From Malacoraja senta (Eukaryota), in assembly GCA_038087875.1 (NCBI GenBank), contig CM075978.1, forward strand, positions 179,924,001 through 179,988,000: 64,000 nt of DNA, read 5' to 3'. The notes below the pieces were generated by a model, which worked only from the letters and a program-made list of their open reading frames with translations, had not been told where the DNA came from and did no database searches. The translations under genes were made by a program, and so were the position numbers. Shown here piece by piece: positions 35,601 through 46,279 of the stretch (positions are counted from its first letter, which is position 1; each line of letters begins with the position of its first letter).

Positions 35601-38600
35601 TGCTGACATGGATAGAGAAGTGGTTGGCAGACAGGAAACAAAGAGTAGGGATTAACGGGTCCCTTTCAGAATGGCAAGCAGTAACTAGTGGGGTACCGCA
35701 AGGCTCGGTGCTGGGACTGCAGCTATTTACAATATACATCAATGATTTGGATGAAGGGATTCAAAGTAACATTAGCAAATTTGAAGATTGCACAAAGCTG
35801 GGTGGCAGTGTGATCTGTGAGGAGGATGCTATAAGAATGCAGGGTGAATTGGACAGGTTCGGGGAGTGGGCAGATGTATGGCAGATTAAGTTTAATGCGG
35901 ATAAATGTGAGGTTATCCACTTTGGTAGCAAAAACAGGAAGGTAGATTACTATCTAAATTGCGTCAAGTTGTGAAAAGGGAAGTACAACGGGATCTGGGG
36001 GTCCTTGTACATCAGTATGAAAGTAAGCATGCAGGTACAACAGGCAGTGAAGAAAGCGAATGGCATGTTGGCCTTTATAACAAGAGGAATCGAATATAGG
36101 AGCAAAGAGGTCCTTCTACAGTTATACAGAGCCCTAGTGAGACCACACCTGGAGTATTGTGTGCAGTTTTGGTCCCCTAATTTGAGGAAGGACATTCTTG
36201 CTATTGAGGGAGTGCAGCGTAGGTTTACAAGGTTAATTCCCGGGATGGCGGGACTGTCATATGCTGAGAGAATGGAGCAGCTGGGCTTGTACACTCTGGA
36301 GTTTAGAAGGATGAGAGGGTGTTCATTGAAACATATAAGATTGTTTAAGGCTTGGACACACTAGAGGCAGGAAACATGTTCCCGATGTTGGGGGAGTCCA
36401 GAACCAGGGGCTACAGTTTAAGAATAAGGAGTAAGCCATTTAGAACGGAGACGAGGAAACACATTTTCTCACAGAGAGTAGCGAGTCTGTGGAATTCTCT
36501 GCCTCAGGTTATCTGGATGCTTTCAAGAGAGAGCTAGATAGGGCTCTTAAAAAAGCGGAGTCAGGGGATATGGGGAGAAGGCAGGAACGGGGTACTGATT
36601 GGGGATGATCAGCCATGATCACATTGAATGGCGGTGCTGGCTCGAAGGGCCAAATGGCCTACTCCTGCACCTATTGTCTATTGAATTCCTATTAACTTGT
36701 TGATTTTATCTGACTACAGCACCTACGCTGGATGCCAATTGCAGTTAGCAACCTCTCTGTGTAAAAATCGTCCATTCAGAATCCCTTTGAAAACCCCTCT
36801 CCTTTAATTTTAACATAAGCCTTCAACGATGGGAAAAAAACGTTCCATGTAACGTCTATTTATGCCTCTTGTAACTTGATATACATCCACCAGATCACAC
36901 CACGGCTGCGTTCGCACCAGGGAAACAAACCGGGCTCAATCCCGGCAAATTCAAAAATCGTACCGAATCTCTTCTGTATCCCCCCCCCCCCCCCTCCAAG
37001 GACAACCACGACGGGGACAATCATGACATTCGTCCAATGTGGAATCCAGAACTGCCGCGAATACTCTAAATGTTGATTTACGCTTTTGGTAAAGTTCTTA
37101 CATAAGGTCCTAACATTTATGTTGTCTGTCCTCGCCTACGAAGGTACACCTGAAAGAGTTGATATAGTTCGCAGGATATAATGTGTTGGTAAAACAACAT
37201 ATTCTCCTCACCATTTTCTGTGCCCCTGCTCTGCTTCTTCTGCAAAACCGACTCGCTTTCCCACTTGATCATTAATGATGTGCAGAAAACACATCGTATC
37301 TTTGAGTAAAAAACTCAGAGAATCCCATCGTGGTAACATATGTCGAGTTGTATTTGATTTATTATTCAAACTCTAATAAGATAAACCTACATAAATATTT
37401 GAAGGAAGCGTCATTATCACTGAATCGGCAAGACTCAGGAAACATCGGCCTGGAAGAGAGATTTGGATCAGGCATGAGCACCTAGTCTAGGTAATATCAA
37501 ATACATTTTCCAATGCGTCATTATTACAGCGTACTCGAGGTTAATTATAGCAACCCTTCAACGGCGTAATGTGATTTAATTGTGTTCATGTTCTGTTCCA
37601 CAGCACTTCCAACTCCACTGAAAATGTTCACCAAGACTGGTGAAATGAATCCAGCCGCGAGTTGTATTCATGTGTGTGAAACAGCTGCATTCTATCCCGA
37701 GAATTTCACGCTTAATTGGTATAAAAATGGGGTCGAAATAACATCGGAAATACAGATCGAAACAAAGAAGAACGCCGAAGGACTGTATATGGTTTCCAGC
37801 TCTTTGATCGCGAGACCGCCATTTCAGAGCGACAACAAATATACCTGTTTAATATCTCACGTCTCCCTCAATACTTCAGCCCAGGCTGTCATCGCTGGTT
37901 CCGAATGTAGCCAAGGTATGATGCCAATAACGCCATCTTCTTTTCAATTCGTAAAAGTAAACTATTTGTTCCAGTCCGCGAGGAAAATTCGCCTTAGTTC
38001 AATTGAAAGTTGCAGTTCTTTTTCATTAAAAAATATGAAACCCACTTTATTACAAGAATGGATGCAACAAACCTATTATCAATTACACTCGTTGTCAATG
38101 AAAATTTCTTATTTGTTCTCCAAAATAGAAAAACAAATGTAAACATTTTGCCTCTCTACTGGGTATTGTTGATGTTTCTTTCATGTTGTTTTCAAAAATG
38201 TTTCCCAATGCACCGTTGATTCCACACTTGGCGGCACAACTGATTTCAGGTGCTTAGGTTTTCCCTCACGCTTCCTCGGTTTTTATCCTGATGCCGAATC
38301 CTTTGCTTCGCCGTGCTCACCTTCGCTAAAATCCAACCACCCCTCCTCCCGAAATTCCTCGGTGCGGCATCTACTCCCACGGCCACCGTGACAAATTCAA
38401 GTACGGAATTCTAAAAGTATCGCCTCTCTAAACTGAAAGGACATCTTTAGCAGATTAAAACCGACAATTATTTTGTTTTATAATTGAAGGGAGGCTTCAA
38501 TTGAGGTGTCAATACTGTCGCCAACGGACACGGTATAATTTAGTAAATTGACAGAATAGGGGGGATGTCTCGCTGCGAAGATCAATTCAGCATAAGAAAT

Positions 38601-40763
38601 TTGTCCGATATTTTAATTACTTCAGGGTATATATTGTAAGACTTACTTACATTGTAAGTCGTCCTGCGTATACAGTTTGTTATCTTTTGCTGTCCTGTAT
38701 TTGCGGTGTTTCCTGTAGAGTTGCCAATCCTGTCTCACTTTCACCACGAGCATTAAGCATCACCCTACCCACAACCGCCCCACACACCCTCGTCCATGAA
38801 GAATAGCTGGCAACCACCATAACATGTATTCCTACAAACCCTACAGGTTCTGCCGGCAAACTACTTTCGGCCGTGGCACCTGGTGGATTGTTTATTTTAG
38901 TGCTAATTATCGTTATTTGGTTGCGGTGCCGAAAACAGAAAAATAAGGGTAAGTTCTAGCGATAATAATGAACTGTAATATTAGTAATTGGGGTCAAAGA
39001 TAGTGACTGTTTCAGCAACATCTCAGTTCAGTCAATGCCTTTATCGGAAGTAATACCCGAACAGCCAGTCCATTGAGAGTGCACAATGGAGAAAGGCCAA
39101 TCAAGGACACAGTTAGGTCACCAATGACGAGGTAACAGAGATTCATGGTCTGCTTTAAACTTTCACAGTATACATTGCCTCTTACAGGCAGATCAAAGTA
39201 CTGTACACGTAACACAAGCACCCAACGCCCACAAGATCGTCCGAATCCACGAGCAGGATAAAGAAAATACAAACATATACAAATCAGGAGAGGCATGGGT
39301 AGGGTAGACTGTCAGAACGATTTCCCCGGGAATAAAATATCAAATTCAAGAGGGTATAGCTTTAGGTGTGAGGGGTAACGTTTGGAGATGTGGGTGGTGA
39401 GTGCCTGACACGCGCTGCCTGGGGGGGGGGGGGGTTGAGGCAGATAGGACAGTGGTATTTACTCGATTTGGATGGGCACTTGGAATAGAGGAATGCGATT
39501 ACGTGCAGGTTGTGTGAGCGTTTGTCTTGGCATCGTGTCCAGCACAAACATTGCGGGCCGAAGGGTGTTTTCTTCTATCGTCTCACTCTCCCACGTATTT
39601 CCCTGTAATCTATTAAGTCCGTCATTTTTTCCTGCCTATCGCCTACTCTGAGTTAAGAAGAGAGTGTTCATTTGACCTAACCAGTGTTCAGTGCAATGTG
39701 GCAGAATCTGGAGCATATGCGATCAAAAGATTCCACAGTGGAAGCTGCTAACTTCGCAATTGAACCATGGATGCTGAATCCACGAGACAATTAGATTAAC
39801 TACTGCAGCGTAGTAACGCTTCTGGCTTCGTGCTGAGTATACGTAGATTTGTAATTACTGCCTTAAATGATTCTACCTTTTTTAGACTATTTTTTGCAGG
39901 TAAAGAGGAAAGTTTTGGTGAACCAAATCGTCACGAGCAGCTGGTATGTTTATGTTTTTATTGCAGCATGGCATTTACAGGGGCAATGCTATAAAATAAG
40001 CGATCGGACAATCATATTCGAACCGTTTATTTATGTATAGTGAACATACTTGGCCATTTCAATGGCCAAGTGTTTAAAACCAATAGCTTATTCGTAAAAC
40101 GTACACCAGTAAAACACTGCCATTACGTTCCTTTATTCATTGTATTTGAAAAAAGACATTTTGGCTTTTGAATCTACAGTTCTTGTAAAGCCATTCATAA
40201 TACCCCCAATTTACCCATTTGAACATCAAATCGGCGGCCATTTTATGTACATAAATGCATACGTTAATGCACCTCATCTTTATTTTGGTTAAATCCATTT
40301 ACAATGCGACAGAAGGACACGAAAGCGTCGAGTCATATAATAAGAACCCTTCTTTCCGAATGATGCAGGGAGCAGAAGCTGCGACCGGTTATATCGCCGC
40401 CATGCATTTGAGCAAACCCAATTGCATTCCAAAACGAAAACTGGATGGTATGCAAACCACGTATGATCAGGTGAGGCTGTTTGATTAGCAAAATAGCTAA
40501 CAATCAAAGCAAGTGAAGGCTGACGATTTCACATGCGACTTGAGAAGCAATATCAAAAGCTAGTAAAACAATTAATTAACTGTGTTTTTAAAAACTGCTT
40601 ACAGACAGTGCGGGAGAATTCAAGTGACGAGCTGTCGTATGCGACCTTAGCATTCACTGGCAAAAGGAATGTGAGAAAATGTACAGAAAAGGCAGAGTAC
40701 GCCGAGCTACAGATAAACAAACACAGCGGAGTAGCAGAGGTTGTCTATTCAAGAGTAAGATGA
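32610..40763 (+). CDS. IgSF receptor gene B (leader-VJ-C1-TM-ITIM tail), inhibitory type; one frameshift in TM exon as assembled
   Basis: Exons 32610-32664, 32823-33143, 37604-37915, 38847-38949, 39900-39943, 40369-40470, 40605-40763, all GT/AG. Removing one T from 38891-38894 gives 1095 nt = 364 aa + stop. Confidence 0.85.
32823..33143 (+). CDS. Gene B intact VJ-type V exon
   Basis: GKQISYNVELAPKEAILIKGGNATFYCIFPISKDQSRVRVKWWKQGENEYQRAGTDDRKRFGVRVRASGYFELKNAKIQDSGVYQCSVIRTGMAPRNSTGSRLIVY; 321 nt, phase 1/1; both Cys, the Trp, DxGxYxC and a J-like G-strand present. Confidence 0.95.
35134..36682 (+). mobile_element. 5'-truncated CR1 in gene B intron 2, absent from gene A
   Basis: TSD GAAT at 35130-35133 and 36683-36686; empty site TCTGTGAATTCCTATT at 3529-3544. 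Confidence 0.88.
37604..37915 (+). CDS. Gene B C1-set Ig exon
   Basis: VCETAAFYPENFTLNWYKNG...GLYMVSSSL...YTCLISH...AGSECSQ(G); 312 nt; donor CAAG|GTATGA. Confidence 0.93.
38847..38949 (+). CDS. Gene B transmembrane exon (with +1 T); possible longer stalk version starting at 38721
   Basis: Corrected reading GSAGKLLSAVAPGGLFILVLIIVIWLRCRKQKNK(G): hydrophobic stretch followed by a basic stop-transfer; donor AAGG|GTAAGT. Confidence 0.75.
39900..39943 (+). CDS. Gene B cytoplasmic exon 1 (G)KEESFGEPNRHEQL
   Basis: Acceptor TATTTTTTGCAG|, donor CTG|GTATGT; phase 1 to 0. Confidence 0.7.
40369..40470 (+). CDS. Gene B cytoplasmic exon 2 GAEAATGYIAAMHLSKPNCIPKRKLDGMQTTYDQ
   Basis: Acceptor ...GATGCAG|, donor CAG|GTGAGG; 102 nt, phase 0/0. 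Confidence 0.6.
40605..40763 (+). CDS. Gene B last exon with ITIMs: TVRENSSDELSYATL...AEYAEL...VVYSRVR*
   Basis: Acceptor CTGCTTACAG|; ITIM consensus (I/V/L/S)xYxx(L/V) met at 40632-40649 and 40740-40757; TGA at 40761-40763. Confidence 0.85.
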   Translation, partial: TVRENSSDELSYATLAFTGKRNVRKCTEKAEYAELQINKHSGVAEVVYSRVR

Positions 40764-42348
40764 AGTTAGCAGCAGAACTATGGTTGCAGAAGACACTTTC
40801 TTGCTATGTCAGGTCAACCGAGAAACATAAGAAATAGAAACAGGAACAGGTCCTTTGTTTTCTCTCGCTTGGCCAATCAATACCGTTACTTTTGTTTCAA
40901 CGCCAAGTTTCGACAGAAACATAAATTCATTGATTGCTCCAAGACCTAAAACTCTTCGCCCTCTGTTTTAGATGCATTAAATGACTCAGCATGCTGCGGT
41001 AACTCCCGAGGTGAATTCAGTGTTTTCCAGATGAAATTAAAATTCTTCTTATTTCTGTTTGAATGACTGCCTCCATAATTTCGAACTGTGCTATCCCTTT
41101 CTACGCATCAAACTCATGGGAGGTATTAACTCCATTCCACCATGGACACCCTCCAGAGAACACTGCAGATTTCAATGAGATCGGTTTTAATTATTTTAAA
41201 CTCCAGAGACTACCGGCCCTGTCTGTTTAATTTCACGTCATAACATAAACCTGCCATCCCAGTGTGCTGATGAATATTCATTGAATTCCTTGTAGGCAAG
41301 TATATCTTCATTGGAGGAAAACATAAGAATTCAACGCACTTTACCAGATATATTCAATTCAGCGCCTCACATCACCGGAACAAACTGTATCAAAGCCGTG
41401 TATAAATCATCTTGCATTAACGTCCAGCAGACATTTCCCTTCTTATTTACCAACTGAATCTGCATATTATCATATTTGTGATATACGTATACGGGCAATA
41501 GACCGGTCCGAACCCCAACATGCTTTTTTCAACCATCCATCATTTTAAAATGCCACCTTCCTATTTTTAATCCAAAGTAGATGAGCTCACGTGCATCGCG
41601 ATATTTGTTAGCCTTGCATATACTTGCTTATTCTATATCCCATACAAAATCTGCAATTCCCTCACATTCCATGGTTCCTTCTAGTTTAATATTTATTGTT
41701 AGTAATCTTAAATGGTTTGCACCTGATCCCCTTATCCAAATCAATGATATACGTTGCAAAAAACATGGCATCGGCACGGAACGCTGCAGGACCCATTCAT
41801 CACGTTTTCCCATCCCCGAAATGTGCTCTTCCATCACAATATTTGACTCCAGTCTGATAACCAATCATTGTTTCATTGCAGATTCATAATCAAAATACTG
41901 GCCGTGCTAATTGTAATTAACAATCTCTTTAATGGAATACATTGAAAGTCCACCGTCAGTCCAAATTCAGCACATCAGCAGATTTCAGTTTATCGATTCT
42001 ACCAAGAAAGATATTAAGTCCAGAAGTGATTTTTTTAATTCCAAGTTGTCTTTCATGTTGACTCTGCCCAATTTATTTAATACAATCATTATTTTAGTAT
42101 TTCACCTTAATATATGCTTTGCAATATCTTACATGGAGAAGTGTTATATCCGGGGTGTTACCGACAATGCTGTCATTTTGGCTTTTTATTGAAGCAGTTT
42201 TAAATACGTTACCATAATGTGAATTTCATAATCTATTATGCAAATCTCTCGGTGTGTTACGTTAATAACCACGCAGTCGCCCAATATCTACTTAACTAAA
42301 CATGAAAGTACATAAAATACTTAAAATACATTAAAAAAACAAAGTTCA

Positions 42349-42440
42349 CTGAAGAAGGGTCTCGACCCGAAACGTCGCCCATTCCTTCTCTCCAGAGATG
42401 CTGCCTGCCCCGCTGAGTTACTCCAGCATTTTGTGTCTAC
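42349..42440 (+). mobile_element. Penelope terminal fragment beginning at a hammerhead-like motif
   Basis: CTGAAGAAGGGTCTCGACCCGAAACGTC followed by the common PLE tail. Confidence 0.75.
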
Positions 42441-43252
42441 CATAAAAATACATTATTTACAATGCTATGCAGATCGTTGATTCGTCTTCATTTTTAACCT
42501 GTGGAACTGCAACTTCGGTCCATTGACAGAGAAAGAGAACCATACCGCAGGGAAGCAAGCCCTGAGATCCATCTCGCCGATATCAACAATGATGCCCCAT
42601 TTAATATATCTCAATTTACGCGTTTGCCACATAACCTCGAAACCCTTCCTATTCATCTGTGCCTGTGTTTATACAAATGAATGACTTGCGCTCATGAATT
42701 CTGACCTCCTACCATGGAATGGGTTATCGCCAATTGGTGGATTAGACCACTATAACTAAATCCTGCAGTTTTAGGTTCTCTCATTTTTCTACCTATGAGA
42801 AGGATGTGGTCCATTCACAAAGTCTACAGATCTGCCATACACAGGTTTAGCACTGCCATTGTAAAAGGCTAAAAATATTGTAGCGTTAAATACCAGTGAC
42901 TTCAGTAGATGCACGTTTAAAAGTATTTATAACAAAGCCTAAACTTCACACGCAACGGAGAAATCTAGTTCAGGCTTCGTGCTGTCGTCTGCTATGGACA
43001 CAAATGTAAATGCTTGCATGAAAATATTCATTCTTCCATTTTTAAATATTGCCCCCAGTGTTTCCCAAAATATATTGGTTTTGTTTACATCTTTTTGCGT
43101 GTTATTGTCGTCAAATTTCCTTCACACGGCAAGATAGCTTCATGTCAGAATCACTTTTCTTATCGGTTATGGCTTTTCAAATGTTAATCTTGGCTCATTT
43201 TCAATGGGATGAAGGGTTCTGTCCACGCCACCCATTAGAGGGAATTGTATAG

Positions 43253-44290
43253 ACACAAAATGCTGGATTAAGACAGGGTGAGGCAGCATCTATGGAGAGA
43301 GAGAATGGGTGACGTTTCGGATCGAGACCCCTCTTCAGACTGATGTCGGGGGGGGGGGGGGGGCAGGATAAAGATAGAAAGTAGACGGAGGCAGTAGGAG
43401 TAGTAGGATAGCTGGGAAGGGGAGGGGAAGGAGGGAGAAACCAAGGGTTATCTGAAATTAGAGAAGTCAACGTTCATACCGCTGGGTTGTAAACTACCCA
43501 AGCGAAATATGAGGTGCTCTTCCTCCGACTTGCGCTGCGCCTCACTCTGACATTGGAGGAGGCCCAGGAGAAAAAGATCAGATTGGGAATGGGAGGGGGA
43601 GTTGAAGTGCTGAGCAACTGGGAGATCAGGTAGGATTACGACGGACTGATCGGAGGTGTTCAGCGAAACGATCGCCGAGCCTGCGCTTGGTCTCGCCGAT
43701 TTAAAGAAGTTGACACATGGAACAGCGGATGCAGCAGACGAGGTTGGAGGAGGTGCAAGTGAACCTCTGCCTCACCTGGAAAGATTGATTGGGTCCTTGG
43801 ATGGAGTGGAGGGGGAGGTATAGGGACTTCTTCTGCAGTTGCAAGAGAAGTACCCGGGGAGGGGGTTGTTTGGGTGGGAAGGGACGAATTGACCAGGGAG
43901 TTACGGAGGGAAAGATCTGTGCGGAAAGCAGAAGGGGGTGGAGATTGGAAGATGTGGCCAGTGGTGGGATCCCGTTGGAGGTTGCGAAAATGTCAGAAGA
44001 TTATATGCTGATGGAGTGAAAGGTGAGGACAACGGGGACTCTGTAGGGGGAGGGGGTGTAAGAGCGTAGCTGCGGGATACAGAGGGAAACCCTAGTGAGA
44101 GCCTCATCTATAATGGAAGAGGGGAACCCCGTTCCAGAATGAATGAGGATGTCCTAGTATGGAACACCTCATCCTGGGCGCAGATGCGGCGTAGACGGAG
44201 GAATTGGGAGTAGGAGATAGAGTCTTTACAGGAAGCAGGGTGGGAAGAAGTGTAGTCAAGATAGCTATGGGAGTGTTCGACGTGGGTTTC
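43253..44290 (-). mobile_element. Penelope-like element, 3' part
   Basis: Collinear with 60705-61891; terminal repeat with hammerhead-like motif at 43311-43338. Confidence 0.8.
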
Positions 44291-44794
44291 AGAGAATGGG
44301 TCCGAGCCGAATCGTCACATGTACACTCCCTCCACAGTTTCTGCCTGACCGATGAGTTACTCGAGCACATTGTGTTTTGCCAAGATTCAAACATATGGAG
44401 CATGTGTCACAATGTTACTGCTGGTGGAACTCAACAGGCCAGGCAGCATCTGTGGATAGACAACGATTCAAGTCCACATTCTTCAAGACTGGAGCAGAGT
44501 AGAGATGCATCATCCGTCTACTTCCCTCCACATATGCTGCCCGATCCACTGCATTCCTCTTGCGGTTTGTATTTTTGCCCAAGTTACCAGGAACTGTCGT
44601 CTCTTGTCTCTCTGTAAAATAACATTAATTCGGGGTTACCTAGTTAATTGTAAAAGCCAATTAATTTCCAGGCCACGGAGAAAGAAGAGTGATGAATTTA
44701 TTTACCGGAACACTAGGTATAGATCTCGGTTAAAAAAAGCCCAGATGTGTTCCTTTCCTGATAGGCAACGGTAGAATATAAAGCATTCAGGTGA

Positions 44795-45110
44795 TGCACG
44801 CACTTAGCTTGCCTCTCTCATCATCCCTCCCCATCCTAGCTCTCCGACTAGTTTGACTGTCCTCCTGATAATTTTTACTTTGTATGCCTCATTGTCACCT
44901 TTCCCTAGTTATTAAAGATCTATTCTACATGTTCCTTGATCTAAGTCCCCTTTGATCTTTCCTTTTCACACCTTGCCCTTCCATATCTCTAATTTCCCTC
45001 TCCCCTGACTCCCAGTCCGAAGAAGGGTCTCGACCCGAAACGTCACCCATTTCTTCTATCCAGAGATGCTGCCTGTCCCGCTGAGTTACTCCAGGATTTT
45101 GTGTATATCT
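44795..45110 (+). mobile_element. Penelope terminal fragment
   Basis: CCGAAGAAGGGTCTCGACCCGAAACGTC...CTGAGTTACTCCAG. Confidence 0.75.
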
Positions 45111-46279
45111 TCGTTTTCTTCTATTGTTGCTTCATCAAAATTCTTATGCTCAAACATCAGATGGCGCTCTGCAGCGTCAATAAACAGCAGGAATCGTGCA
45201 ATGAATCTAGCAGGTTTCTTGTCCCGAGGAATTGACCTGCCCCCATCAATTCCTCATTCTCCCCTCATTATCCTGCCCTTCTGTTGTGCTTTTTGTTAGC
45301 CGAGTTCTCTGTAATCCTTGTCGTTCAATTCCAAGTGCTTGGCTAATAAGATTTTCTTAGGTATGCCCTTCAATATCTGGAAAAATCGTTTTATTTATGA
45401 ACTGACGTTTTGAGTTCCAGCATAAGTTAAATAATTTCATTGACATGTCCTGTACAAGTTATTTTATCATATTATTGCCGTCAGACCATGCCACAGGCTT
45501 CTCGTTGTAAAATAACGAATTACGGGAAAGATGCAGCGTTGTTAAATATTTTATTTCAGTGCATCATGTACATCCAGCAGCCTGTGCAAACCACTTCAAA
45601 TATGTATTCACAGCGTACATCTGTGCAGCAGAAACAAGTAATAGGCAAGCTGCAAGTCTATCCCACCTCGCGTTTATTGGGCTCTTGTCCACAGAAGTTT
45701 TCACTAGAAATCCACAATGTATTCAATCATGCATATCCAACCCAGAAGGGAAAACACCGAAAGAGCACTGTCCTGCCACGCTCTCATTAAATATAAAGTA
45801 TCTAGCATTATACGATAGCCAGGATGTGAGTAATTGACTGCATTTTTAAAGTATGTGGAGAGAGCTGCCAAATGAAGCTGCAGAGGTCGGCACACATATA
45901 AAGTAAAAATAAAACAGTTAGTCAAGTATATGGGTGGAAATTTTTACAGCGGTACGGGCCAAACGCAGGCAAATTGGACTAGCTCAGAGACACAGCTAGC
46001 TCGCAATGCATGTGGTTGGCTCCAAAATTACGTGGCAGTGCATTTTATATCACGTGCCTATGAAAGGTGTCTTTAAATATCTAAATCTAATCGATGGTGG
46101 TTGACTAAGGTTGCATTACGTGCGTCTGGCTATGAAGTAGAAACTTAATGAATAGCAGATTTAAGGAAACTGGTGGAAAATACTCACAAGATCGGAGCGA
46201 GAAAGTCAGGCTTTGCCAACAGATTTATGAGATGACTCTGAACTCTGAGCAAAGTGATAAATATGTTCTGCTACGAACA

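Noticed and set aside
45154-45168. CTCF-like ACATCAGATGGCGCT
   Set aside because: Single imperfect motif with no supporting context.
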